This document shows, piece by piece, positions 24,701 to 34,100 of a stretch of DNA of 36,779 bases (position 1 is the stretch's first letter; every line of letters begins with the position of its first letter). The DNA comes from a virus. Its lineage: Duplodnaviria; Heunggongvirae; Uroviricota; Caudoviricetes. The notes beneath the pieces were generated by a model, which was given only the letters and a program-made list of their open reading frames with translations, had not been told where the DNA came from and made no database searches. A program made the position numbers and the translations under genes. Location of the stretch: positions 104,054 through 140,832 of IMG/VR virus record IMGVR_UViG_3300042922_000906, one strand, 5' to 3'.

Positions 24701-25853
24701 TTGGTAATATATTTTTACATGCAACTGTATTTTGATATAAAAAACCTAAATAGGTAACTTTGTTTAAGGGTATATAATCCTTATTTGGATTATATTCTTC
24801 GCAAAGTTGATATGCTACATCTCTGGCCATTCTTGCATTTTCGTTGATTATTCTAATACTTTCGGCAGAATCTCTTCCTTGCTCTGCTGCAACTCTTAAT
24901 CCTTCAGCTGTGTTGATAGAATTATTTGTATTATTAGCTTCAGTTGTCGCAATGTCCGCTAATTCTGCCGAATCATTCGCATTTTCTGTGGCAGTTATAG
25001 CAGCAGCTGTAGCATTGTTAGCTGCTATTGTTGCGTCATTTGCTAAATTAGCCTTACTATTTGCATTAGTAGCAGCCGTATCAGCTAAGTTTGCCTTATC
25101 ATTCGCTAATGTTGCTTTCGTATCTGCAAGTGTAGCTTTTTCGTTTGCTAAATTTGCAGCAGTATCCGCAAGAGTGGCTTTATCATTAGCTAAATTTGCT
25201 TTCTCAGTTGCATTTGTAGCTGCTGTATTTGCTAAAGTAGCTTTATCGTTTGCATTTTGTGCAGCTTGATTTGCATTAGTTGTAGCTGTATTTGCCAAAT
25301 TTGCCTTATCATTAGCATTTAAGGCTGCTGCGGTTGTATTTGTTGTTGCAGTATTTGCGTTATTTGTAGCTGTGTTTGCATTGTTTGTTGCTGTTACTGC
25401 ATTTGCAATAACTGCATTTACTTGTGGTAAGACATCTATAGCATCACGTCCAGAATCAATTATATTTTCTAATGTTTCAACAACTTCACCATTTTGCTCT
25501 TTTGAAACAATTCTGCTTATATGTAACCTATCGTAACCAGTTCCAACGTATGATAAGGTTATAAACCTAGCATTTGCTAATTGGTTAAAATATACAACTC
25601 CATTATTATAATCAACACGGTAATTATATCTCGATATTTCTGTTGTATAATCAAAAGTTTCATAGTATACTTCTGAAGCATATGGTGACGCAACATTAGT
25701 TATTAAAACATGATTATTATAATCTGGAATTTCTTCTAAAGTAACTTTACCATTTACAATTTTTTTAACATCGTTTGTAATTATTCTAAATGGGTCTATA
25801 GAATCTCCAGTTCTATTTGTGCCAATAACTGGCTTATGGTAAGTGTAAGCCAT
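21705..25853 (-). CDS. Tail fibre / receptor-binding protein
   Basis: 1382 aa; N-terminal baseplate-anchor-like region, A/N/T-rich heptad repeats, CBM5/12-like YNPNKDY...W, IWFDT..IKYWNGSQW, two CBM4/9-like segments (NLLGKDGNCE, NLVRNGNCE). Confidence 0.85.
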   Translation of the reverse strand: MAYTYHKPVIGTNRTGDSIDPFRIITNDVKKIVNGKVTLEEIPDYNNHVLITNVASPYASEVYYETFDYTTEISRYNYRVDYNNGVVYFNQLANARFITLSYVGTGYDRLHISRIVSKEQNGEVVETLENIIDSGRDAIDVLPQVNAVIANAVTATNNANTATNNANTATTNTTAAALNANDKANLANTATTNANQAAQNANDKATLANTAATNATEKANLANDKATLADTAANLANEKATLADTKATLANDKANLADTAATNANSKANLANDATIAANNATAAAITATENANDSAELADIATTEANNTNNSINTAEGLRVAAEQGRDSAESIRIINENARMARDVAYQLCEEYNPNKDYIPLNKVTYLGFLYQNTVACKNILPTDETKWICIAKKGDYYVGDTAPVSPYNNQIWFDTTDASIKYWNGSQWISTAGSGNMTYQVYDNNNDGKVNSADVADSLTGLSVSVSELNYIGGVTSSIQTQFNNATNEINTISDKISSGSVITPTIGFGMNSKIQIPEMPTAPKFKFKGFSVVNLLGKDGNCEDISKWSVYQCTPTLDSTNKMYGTYSIKATLTATSGTFYMFPKNIDVSKYYMVTVYIKIGNATRAILRKSNDGATLNIVSPEITDTSKFTRVIIKATPAQMTSGDAIAIDFVGTAGQYIYIDGFMLNEISATDYALSDAELLVKYPYVDSYACLQNPYFENRRYNLVRNGNCEEGIGYWQFMYGTGTISVENGKFKLVTTSAYTYWGQTIKVKPNTNYYLSGNWSGNGFFITLNSGGSQLHDGLGVINTGDSTEIHLILHGGTTAGTTYFDSIMLVEGTTAPTAYKSCDLQRFVIEGQFTQDDQVNIENGKVSGLLNWKHRTLYGKDYDWQINANPSGSKEIVIMNREFSLGVASNSYLIKYDGQVLKSFGEDSAVIAGDQYRAVASLNYFLIGIPNLSSGWIDAVQPNSDEIKSYMNGWRTLSYDVGVGRYNLWANLSKPTSVFGTDTSVYPSGTATTLTAPVTTGNTSITVADASIFKIGEVIFIYGQGGVIITNIVGNVITTAYGAALDFAVGRVVVRGDNPTGGDYRIVNYCKTNVSSGYEGYQLHYKLANPEPITDINTHVHGEIWDMVKGDNYITVDSGIVLAEIANAVLYGTNYGVNNTLRAGSNLKYKAEIITGVYHNSIYDAWVLRQDDIYAIGRADAYIDQGKYDTSATYTVDYQILKTIHAQSFGSLSLSYSQSVIATLEGHSKELEQKQAKSSVLDDINDLASLESIVSGGDANGTQMPYRGTRTWFTQQSQTNVAINIPFKVTKNTVPYINIKSWSMVVTDNIGNPTTVKAADILNGSPIVRYVTKDYVVINVVLLAGTLADNALNCGAYVTIKLDADCRKKV
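24925..25405 (-). repeat. About 22 tandem 21-bp (7-aa) repeats within the tail fibre gene; boundaries approximate
   Basis: ANDKANL, ANTATTN, ANDKATL, ADTAANL, ANEKATL, ADTKATL etc. Confidence 0.85.
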
Positions 25854-25856
25854 TAC

Positions 25857-26012
25857 TTATTCCTCCTTTTCCTCTATATTTTCATTTATTGGGTTAGCCA
25901 ATGAAACTAAGATTTCATTGACCGCTGTTGCTTCATCAAGTCCTTTATATTCAAGTCTATTTAGAAAGACTAGTATGTTCTGTTTTGCTTGTTCAGATAA
26001 TTCAAATAGCAT
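25857..26012 (-). CDS. 51-aa hypothetical tail-region protein, not in ORF track
   Basis: MLFELSEQAKQNILVFLNRLEYKGLDEATAVNEILVSLANPINENIEEKEE; GGAGG RBS; its 3' end carries the AGGAGG RBS of the fibre gene. Confidence 0.75.
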   Translation of the reverse strand: MLFELSEQAKQNILVFLNRLEYKGLDEATAVNEILVSLANPINENIEEKEE

Positions 26013-26032
26013 AATCAAAAACCTCCAAATGA

Positions 26033-26051
26033 ATATTATAATATTTTAGTT
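26033..26051 (-). promoter_or_regulatory. Copy 6 of repeated 19-bp motif (AACTAAAATATTATAATAT), minus strand
   Basis: Upstream of the 51-aa, tail fibre and lysis genes. Confidence 0.65.
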
Positions 26052-26057
26052 AAAGTG

Positions 26058-26086
26058 TTGACAGTTACCAGATATCGGAATATACT
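26058..26086 (+). promoter_or_regulatory. SigA-type promoter TTGACA-N17-TATACT driving the counter-oriented moron
   Basis: -35 at 26058-26063, -10 at 26081-26086. Confidence 0.85.
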
Positions 26087-26144
26087 GTAATTAGCTAGAA
26101 AATGACATGTTTTTACATAGAAAATTATATGAAAGGATATAACT

Positions 26145-26909
26145 ATGAAAATTAATATTAAAAGTTTTGTTAGTGGAATAGTGATTGGAACTGTATTAAC
26201 TGCATCTTTATCAGCTTTTGCTGCTGTTAAATTAAATGTTATACCCAATCCATATCCAATATTTATTGATGGAGTTAAATCTAAAATTAAAGGTTATAAA
26301 ATTAATGGTACTGTACACATAAGTATTAATGATTTAAAAACGCTTGGAATTAGCAACCAATTTAATGAAGAAAAACAACAGATTGAAATTAAAACTACAT
26401 CAAATATAAATACAAAACAATTTGAAACAAGCGAGAAAAGTTTATCAACTGAAAATAGTTCCAACACTAATTCTATTGCTTCTAATACTAAACCATCAAA
26501 CAATGTTGACGGATTTTTAGTATACTCAAAAGATAATAATGAATATATTAGCATTGATAAACTTACTATGGAAGTGAATACCAATAATATTGAGCAGAAT
26601 GAAATAAAAAGCAGTGATGGAAATATACGTTACATAAAGTATTGTTTAGTTGCTGATTATTCAAAATCTGATTCAAAAGCCGCTCTCTATGATTCTATTA
26701 TTTTTTACATTGAAAAAACTGGTTTAGATATAAACAACGGGCAAACAATTAAACAAAAAGTTCAATTGTGTAATCCATTAAAATTAACCTATTTTCAAAA
26801 AGGGATAACTTTACAAGAAGGATGTGTTGAAATATCTGAATATAAAAAATATCTTCAACCATTATTAACAAATAAGTTGTCAAACGTTTTTAACGATCTT
26901 TCAAAATAA
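26145..26909 (+). CDS. Secreted moron protein with stalk (copper amine oxidase N-terminal-like) domain
   Basis: Signal peptide ending SLSAFA; YPIFIDG...GYKINGTVHISINDL..LG...FNEEKQQIEI; Ser/Asn-rich linker; own promoter and terminator. Confidence 0.75.
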   Translation: MKINIKSFVSGIVIGTVLTASLSAFAAVKLNVIPNPYPIFIDGVKSKIKGYKINGTVHISINDLKTLGISNQFNEEKQQIEIKTTSNINTKQFETSEKSLSTENSSNTNSIASNTKPSNNVDGFLVYSKDNNEYISIDKLTMEVNTNNIEQNEIKSSDGNIRYIKYCLVADYSKSDSKAALYDSIIFYIEKTGLDINNGQTIKQKVQLCNPLKLTYFQKGITLQEGCVEISEYKKYLQPLLTNKLSNVFNDLSK

Positions 26910-26929
26910 ATTTGCATATCAATTAAAAT

Positions 26930-26963
26930 AAAAAACTACTATTTTACGAAATAGTAGTTTTTT
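26930..26963. terminator. Bidirectional intrinsic terminator
   Basis: Perfect 15-bp inverted repeat AAAAAACTACTATTT/AAATAGTAGTTTTTT with TACG loop. Confidence 0.85.
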
Positions 26964-27195
26964 GCTGATTTATTTTTTCAATCATTTCATCAATTTCATT
27001 AATTGATACAGATATATCATCATACAATTTTTGTAAATCTTGCATCTGTCTAGAAAGTTGTAGCTGCCTATTAATATATTGTACCTTTTCAGTTTGTAAA
27101 TCTTCTTTACTTAATTGCTTTTCAATTGTTTCCACAATTGTTACTCCTCCATCTTTTATTGTATAACCTTTATTTAATGTTGTTTGATTAACCAT
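26944..27195 (-). CDS. Hypothetical tail-region protein with C-terminal coiled coil
   Basis: 83 aa, GAGAGGAG RBS, directly after tal. Confidence 0.75.
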   Translation of the reverse strand: MVNQTTLNKGYTIKDGGVTIVETIEKQLSKEDLQTEKVQYINRQLQLSRQMQDLQKLYDDISVSINEIDEMIEKINQQKTTIS

Positions 27196-27211
27196 ATAAA
27201 TATCTCCTCTC

Positions 27212-29947
27212 TTACCACATTAAATCAAGAAAACCTACTGAAGCACCGTTGTATAATATATGAATTCTACTTGTATTTGCATCATAACTTAAAGCTAAAT
27301 TCTGTGAATTTCTTGATTTTACATATGAATTTCCATGCGTATGACCGCTCGAAGCATAATCGACTCCACTTAAATTACCATTTACTCGTAAATTATTACA
27401 AGTTAAGTCTGGTAACACTACTTCACTAGCATCGATGGTTAAACCCCACGGGCCAAAAATAGTGTTACTTGTATATATTGAAACCCCTGTGCTAAATCTA
27501 ATAGATTTTCCTAATGCATTTCTTGTATCTCCTATTTCTATACCATCGTCTAATTTGGCGATTCGGCCATTAATCTGACCAGCCGTTATAGTACCAGTGT
27601 AAATCCAATTACTTCTTACTGTATCTGCTACAATAGTTCCTGTAATATTAGCACTATTTACATATAGTGTATCAGCTTTTATTACTGAACCTTCAATTTG
27701 AGTTTTATCATAAGAAAGAAAACTATTTCCATTTATATCTTGAAAATCTTTTGCTTTTACAATACCTCCAAATGTCGCATATCCATTCGTATCTATGCTT
27801 AATACATTTGTTCCAAAAATTCCGTTTCCTGCACCTGTTGATATTTTAATTCCATCTGTTGCATTTATGGTAGTTTTAACTTTATTATCACTTCTGATTA
27901 CCTGAATACCGTTTGCGCTGTCTATTACTACATTATTATAGCTTTTACCTAATTTAACATATGAATTTGCAACAGCAGGAGAGAGCTGAGATTCTAAAAT
28001 TCCACCTGAGATTTCCAAAGCACCATTCGATATTTTAATTCCTCTTTTTGCTGATGCATCTATACTTGAAGTATAGTTACCTATTTCGCAAACTAAATTA
28101 TTAGCATTGTCGTAGGTTTCCATTTTATTAAATAGGCCAGTATTTGAAGTGATAATTTTTGAGCCAATTAACTCACCATAAATACGTCCTTTTCCCATTG
28201 CAATATTAGGAGTTACTCCTCCATCAGTAGACAGCATAATCCCTTGACCAGTAATTATTGTAACAAAGTTTGAATTAACCTTATCAACAAATACACCACC
28301 ACGCTCATTGAGAGAATAAGTATTAGTACTATTCCTTATTTCAGTATTTAGAGTATTAATCCCATTTGCAATATTTTCACTTATAAAATTATTAGCTGCT
28401 TCGCCATGATTCCATTTGTCAATGTTGATATTTACAAGATTTTTTGTATCACTTGCGGTTTGCAATAATTGATCAAGTTTAAAACTTCCATCATTTATAT
28501 CTTTTTGATTACTTATTTTTATACTTAGTCTATGTCCATCAAAATCTTCTTCGACTTCAATTAACCTTGCGGATAGCATTACATCAAGTTTTTTAACATA
28601 AATTTTCAATAAAGAACCAAGGTTTAACTTATCTGAATATATTTTTGAATCTTCATCTGCCAATTGATTAAATGCTATAATATCTATAGTAGCATCAAAT
28701 CTTGGTTGATTGTTTAGTGATAAATATTCTTGCGCTGCTCCTAATAGTTCCTGTAAAATTGGAATGTCAGTACCTTTTGCAGTAATAGTACTATCCTCAA
28801 ACTCTCCTTCTTTTGTATATTCATTTAACAGAGATAGATGAGTAGAAGTTAAAAAATTGTTTATTGCAATTGAATTATTCAAGATTTGGATTTGATTATT
28901 CTTAGCTGTTATTTGGGAATTCAACAAATTGATTTCAGATTGCTTGGATGAAATATTATTTTTTATAGTATTATACTCTGACTTTAATGCTGAAGAATCA
29001 TTCCCTTGATATACTGCATCATCAATTTGAATCTGCTTCTTGTCTAAATCTAGTTTTAAATTTGTTAACTCGTTGTTTTTTGTTGTTAAAGCAGCTTGTA
29101 ACGAAGAAAGTTGAGTTAAATAAGTAGTATAGGTAGGTTTAGAATTATTAACTGCGACTATATAAGCATTTAATGCATCAATCATGGATTGTTCCATATA
29201 ATCGGTATTCATATAAAATCCATAATCTGATATGTATGATTGTCCGTTATTGACAGCATTGACACTTATTCCATCAACACCTTTTATTGAAAGTTTAGTT
29301 ATTATTGAATCCTCACGTATACTTAAGTTCATTCCTTTAATATAGTTGGCATCAGATAGAAAAACCCCGTTAAAGGTGTAGTTATTTTTATAATCAATAA
29401 AATTAATTTTATTATTTGTAGCAATCCAAACACAATCCCAAATTTCAGATAATTTATTTAAACTATCTAATACATTCCCATCAATATCTACCGCTCTATA
29501 TTTAGTGTCCAAAACAACATCAACAATACCTAATGTAAAGGAAGTGTTTGCTAATACTAAATTTGCCGTTTGTGATAAAGTTTTTACTGGAATAACTGTT
29601 TCTCCAACTAAAACCCCTGTCTGAACTTTACACCTTCTATCTCTTAATTGAATAACTTTACTGTAACATGTAATCTCAACTTTTTTAATATTATTGTCGA
29701 AAATCTTATTTATGCCTCTAATAATATAGAATTCGTCTTCATAATTTATTCTATAATCATATTTAAGATTTTTTAATTCAAGATTATCAATTTGTTTTCC
29801 TGTTTTAGTATCTTCAACATTTTCAGGCAAGCGAAAGCGTATTTCATTTACACCTGTATATTTTCTTATTCTGGTTAATTCTATTACACTTGATAGATTA
29901 TCAATATAAGTTCCAGAAGGTTTATATAATTTTACAATTGATTTCAA
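27212..29947 (-). CDS. Tail-associated (Tal) baseplate hub / tail spike protein
   Basis: Prophage tail endopeptidase-like N-terminus (Y.INYEDEFYIIR, SIITKL...G.DGISV), central coiled coil, beta-rich C-terminus; position after Dit. Confidence 0.82.
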   Translation of the reverse strand: MKSIVKLYKPSGTYIDNLSSVIELTRIRKYTGVNEIRFRLPENVEDTKTGKQIDNLELKNLKYDYRINYEDEFYIIRGINKIFDNNIKKVEITCYSKVIQLRDRRCKVQTGVLVGETVIPVKTLSQTANLVLANTSFTLGIVDVVLDTKYRAVDIDGNVLDSLNKLSEIWDCVWIATNNKINFIDYKNNYTFNGVFLSDANYIKGMNLSIREDSIITKLSIKGVDGISVNAVNNGQSYISDYGFYMNTDYMEQSMIDALNAYIVAVNNSKPTYTTYLTQLSSLQAALTTKNNELTNLKLDLDKKQIQIDDAVYQGNDSSALKSEYNTIKNNISSKQSEINLLNSQITAKNNQIQILNNSIAINNFLTSTHLSLLNEYTKEGEFEDSTITAKGTDIPILQELLGAAQEYLSLNNQPRFDATIDIIAFNQLADEDSKIYSDKLNLGSLLKIYVKKLDVMLSARLIEVEEDFDGHRLSIKISNQKDINDGSFKLDQLLQTASDTKNLVNINIDKWNHGEAANNFISENIANGINTLNTEIRNSTNTYSLNERGGVFVDKVNSNFVTIITGQGIMLSTDGGVTPNIAMGKGRIYGELIGSKIITSNTGLFNKMETYDNANNLVCEIGNYTSSIDASAKRGIKISNGALEISGGILESQLSPAVANSYVKLGKSYNNVVIDSANGIQVIRSDNKVKTTINATDGIKISTGAGNGIFGTNVLSIDTNGYATFGGIVKAKDFQDINGNSFLSYDKTQIEGSVIKADTLYVNSANITGTIVADTVRSNWIYTGTITAGQINGRIAKLDDGIEIGDTRNALGKSIRFSTGVSIYTSNTIFGPWGLTIDASEVVLPDLTCNNLRVNGNLSGVDYASSGHTHGNSYVKSRNSQNLALSYDANTSRIHILYNGASVGFLDLMW

Positions 29948-29986
29948 ATATTACCACTTCCTTTCTGGAAAAAATTCAATTTTTGC

Positions 29987-30017
29987 ATAAAGAAAAGACC
30001 TTTATGCAAAGGTCTTT
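29987..30017 (-). terminator. Intrinsic terminator after the 2-TM moron
   Basis: AAAGACCTTT/AAAGGTCTTT stem (29994-30003/30008-30017), 4-nt loop, U-rich tail on the minus strand. Confidence 0.7.
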
Positions 30018-30055
30018 AGCTGATAAATATATTTTTTGTTTTTACATAATTTTAC

Positions 30056-30265
30056 TTAATCGTTTTCTTTATTAATTAATTTTGACAATAAATGAATAAT
30101 CTCACTTATTCCAATAAATAAAGTTCCAATAATAATCGAAGTTAGTATACCACCTAATGCAAACAGTAAATTATTGTTATTGTATGCAACTCCAATACTT
30201 AAAACTATCCCTAAAACTAATATAATCCAACCAACTGATAAAACACCTAAAGCAGTTTTATTCAT
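30056..30265 (-). CDS. Small two-TM membrane moron protein (likely start ATG 30265, 69 aa)
   Basis: GGAGG RBS before 30265; two hydrophobic helices ending GTLFIGISEIIHLL. Confidence 0.75.
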   Translation of the reverse strand: MNKTALGVLSVGWIILVLGIVLSIGVAYNNNNLLFALGGILTSIIIGTLFIGISEIIHLLSKLINKEND

Positions 30266-30298
30266 TTTTATCCTCCACAGAATACTAATATATAACAA

Positions 30299-30327
30299 AT
30301 TATACCATGTTAATTTATTATGTGTAA
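30299..30327 (-). promoter_or_regulatory. Extended -10 promoter (TG-G-TATAAT) with weak -35 TTACAC for the 2-TM moron
   Basis: TATAAT at 30299-30304 on the minus strand preceded by TGG; 17-bp spacer. Confidence 0.6.
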
Positions 30328-30338
30328 GGATTAAAAGA

Positions 30339-31118
30339 TTAAGTTAAATAGTAATATTTAAATGATAATTTCAAACTACAAGGAGAAACTGAAATTATAT
30401 TTCTACCCACAACAAGAGGAAAGAGCCAATTACTGTCTTTAGTTACATTATCATATCTGTAGACGGCTAAAGCATCGGTTTTTATTTTGTTTTTTTTAAA
30501 ATCTACTTTAATATTTTCTTCAGCAAATAATTGAGTTGAACCATTTGTTGCCAATTCGAAGAACATACCAGAGTTAGTTTTATTAATTAATTTAATACTT
30601 GAACCTGTTGTAATTGGTGAAATTTCAGCGATCATATGAGTCAGTATGCTACCATTATTATAAATCTCAATATCTTTTGTTGACGTTATATTATCAACAT
30701 ACGTTTGCCAAAATGAACACGAATAGGGGCTTGAACATTCACATTCTAAAGTTAAATAATATCCATTTGCAAATACATTAAAATCATTTGTTAAACAAAT
30801 ACAATTATATATATGATTATTTTCATAACATAGAAAATCCACATAATCATTTGTTACAAATATTCTAGCAAGTTCTTCACAGCGTTCGGGAGTAATCACT
30901 TTTTCGCTTGCTAATTCCAATGTAAATCTCATATATTCACGATCAACCGAATATTTGTAATTATGATAATGATATTTATCTATTTGAATTCTCTCAGAGT
31001 TTATACTTCTGCTACTAGCAAAATTTTCTTTTGAGGCTTGAATATTTACCTTTACAAGTTTTAAGCCTATTATGGATGAACTAATTGAATTCCAGCTAAA
31101 ATCTGTTCTCTGATACAT
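30339..31118 (-). CDS. Distal tail protein (Dit)
   Basis: 259 aa immediately downstream of the tape measure; beta-rich, ends L.L.VGRN.I.V...L...Y.Y. Confidence 0.78.
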   Translation of the reverse strand: MYQRTDFSWNSISSSIIGLKLVKVNIQASKENFASSRSINSERIQIDKYHYHNYKYSVDREYMRFTLELASEKVITPERCEELARIFVTNDYVDFLCYENNHIYNCICLTNDFNVFANGYYLTLECECSSPYSCSFWQTYVDNITSTKDIEIYNNGSILTHMIAEISPITTGSSIKLINKTNSGMFFELATNGSTQLFAEENIKVDFKKNKIKTDALAVYRYDNVTKDSNWLFPLVVGRNIISVSPCSLKLSFKYYYLT

Positions 31119-31155
31119 ATTGTGGTTTCACTTCCTTTCTAATGAACAGGGAAGA

Positions 31156-31179
31156 GAAGGGATAAATTAATATCCCTTC
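31156..31179 (-). terminator. Hairpin overlapping the tape measure stop codon, possible weak terminator
   Basis: GAAGGGATA/TATCCCTTC stem, 6-nt loop containing TAA; followed by a pyrimidine-rich but not U-rich tail. Confidence 0.4.
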
Positions 31180-34100
31180 GTAATCAATCTATTTGCAATA
31201 TTTGTATATACCTGTGTTTCAACTTTATTGACAAGCTGATTAATATCCATACTTTCATTTGCTATTATTGTCGTATGTGCAGTAATTTGGACAGGATTAT
31301 TACCAATATTGTTAACTAAATTAGAAGGATTAAATTTACTAATATTTGGAATGTACGACTTTAAAATATCAATTGACTTAAGCATTTCTTTAATGGAGGG
31401 GAGTTGAGACACCAAATTTCTGAATGTAACTGTATTATCAGGGTCTAGGACTTCTTCGGGTTTAATAGTATCTTTAAATAAAAATCCTTTACCATAAGCT
31501 AATCCACCTTGATCAAAAGTAATACCATACTTTGCCAATAACTTCTTAATATCAGCTATTTTTCCATAGTAATGTTCATCCGCTTCTAACTTAATTCCAG
31601 AACCATTTAAATCCTTTTTATCAATCTTTTTTCCGTCAATATAAACAGATTTATCTTTCCATTCAACATCATGACTTCTTGATTCAAGATAATCTGCCAA
31701 ACCAACAATATTATTCTCATTAATAGATGGCATTAAAGAATCAAGACTTGAGTCTGGAGTAATCGGGTTCTCCATACCTAAATTTTTAGCCTGTTGAAGT
31801 TTAGAAATTAAATTATCATAAACTCCATTTGCTGTCTTATTAAGATTTTCATAATAGCTAATAACATTATCAATGGACATTTTACTAATGTTGTCTTGCT
31901 GATTATAAAAATCCGTTGTGCCTTGCAGCATTTTATCAATGTTGGTTTGAAATGATTCATATTTTGCATCTTCAAGTTTTTTCTGGTCATTAATATTTTT
32001 CTCTTTTAAATCAAGTAAGTCATTAAGCAACCCTTTTTCTTGCTCACGAGCATAATCACGCTGTGTATCTTCTTTTTTAGATTGTAACTCAAGTAATTCC
32101 TGTTGCAATTGCGCCTTACGTGCCTGTGCCTGTTCAGAATCATCAAGAGATAATGCATTTAATTCATTTTGTTTAGCTTGAATGTCTTTATCTTGATTGG
32201 CTATATTTCTCTCATAATCTTCCTTGGCATATAATTCATCTAAAGCTTTTATCTTACTATTAATATTATCTTGATATTTTTCTAATTCATCATCAAGATC
32301 ATCCATAGCCTTTTTATGGCGTTTAGACTCAGCATCTTTAAGAGCCTCAATAGCATCAATACGTAAATTATTTACACGTTCAATAGCAGCTTCTTCCAAT
32401 TGATAAGCTTGTTGAGTTAAAGAATCAATTTCATCCTGATACATCTTTTTGATTTCATCACTCTTAGCTGCTTTCATTAATTTTGAATACTCATTTATTT
32501 GCTTATTTATAGTTATAAGCATTTTATTTTTAACAGCTAATTGTTCGTTAAGATTCTTTTCTTTTAAAGCATAATCACTATCACCAAGCATTTTGTACTG
32601 ATGTTCAAGCTTTTCAAGCTCATTATTCGCAGGTTTAAGAGAATCATTAAATTTATCAAAGGACAGACTAATTTTATCTAAATTAATTTTATCAATGTTA
32701 CTTGATAACTGAATCCACTCTTTACCAGCTTTAGGCAAATCGGTTAATTGTATTTCGAAAAACCTATCAAGGGAAGACTTTAAAGAGTCATATTGCGATT
32801 TAAGATTATTATATATTGTCTTATCTTTATCATTTCCGTGAGCATTTACTGAATCTAAGGATTTATCTAAAATTGACTTAGCGTTTGTAGTCGAAAGATT
32901 ATCGCCAGTTCCAGAAAACTTGACTCCTTGATTTTTTAATGAGGCTACTAATTCAGCTCGTTCTTTACGTTCTTCTTCAGCAATATTATGAATATTAATT
33001 CTTTTTTGCTTTAATAGTTTGATTTCTTCATCAAGAAGTTTAATCTTCTTCTCGTATGTTGCATTTTCTTGTAATGCCGCATTTTTTTCAAGTAGATTAT
33101 TAGTTTTATTAAGTTCCTGATTTAATTGATAATAACGATCCTTCTCTATCAACGATTCGGATTGTTGTAATTCTGCTCTATTTCTACCAGAATTACTAGT
33201 TGTTTTTGGTTTATATGTTTTGAAAGTAACTTTTTCTAATGCCGATATTTTTGCTTGTGTATCTGCACTTGCTTTAACGGCAGAATCATAAGAAGCTTTA
33301 TCAAATCCAAACATTGAAGCAGCTTGATTTTCTGATAGGTTTAGAGTTGCACCCATTGCCCTGTAAAAACCAAGGTAAGCATCTCTTTGAGTCTGTACAC
33401 TTGCTATTACTGCATCAGCTTTATCTTTTTCGGCTTGTAATGTTTGTATTCTATCCTGTTTCTTTAGCTCAAACAATGTTTTTAATAAATCCTGCTGAGA
33501 AATCATCAAATTTCCTTCAGAATTCATATACTGAATTATTTGAGGATATTGTTGAATTAAATCTAATATTTGATCTGAAGATAATGATTGACCTTCAGAA
33601 ACTTGATAATACAATTCTGACAATGATTTAAGAGAAGATTGAGTTTCATCGATTGCTTTATTTTGCTCATCAAGTTTTTGAGAGTAGCTTTCTAACTGTT
33701 GAGAAGCATTCCCTGTATCTTTTGATGTCTTATTTATAACCCCAGAAAGGGAAGGGTACATATTGTCTATTTGATCATAAATAACTTTTCTAAAATCATT
33801 AGATACAGATGTAACATTTTGTTGCTGTGCTATATATTCGATTGCGCTTTTTTTAAATTGCTCAAAATTAGACTTATTAGGAGTTCCAATTGTAATTGAA
33901 GCTTGAAGTGCGCCTTGAGCGGCAAGATTTTTATTTAATTCTGTCAGTGCATTATTTTCATTATCAAGCATTGTTTGATAATTATCTCTTGATTTAACTA
34001 ACTGATTATAAACTTCTCCTTCTTTAATTCCTGCATTTTTAAGGGTATCAATAGCTTTTTGTACAACCTTAATTCTTTCATTAGCACCTTCAAGTTCAGT

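Noticed and set aside
24844-25269. 141-aa plus-strand Ala-rich ORF
   Set aside because: It is the antisense shadow of the tail fibre heptad repeats
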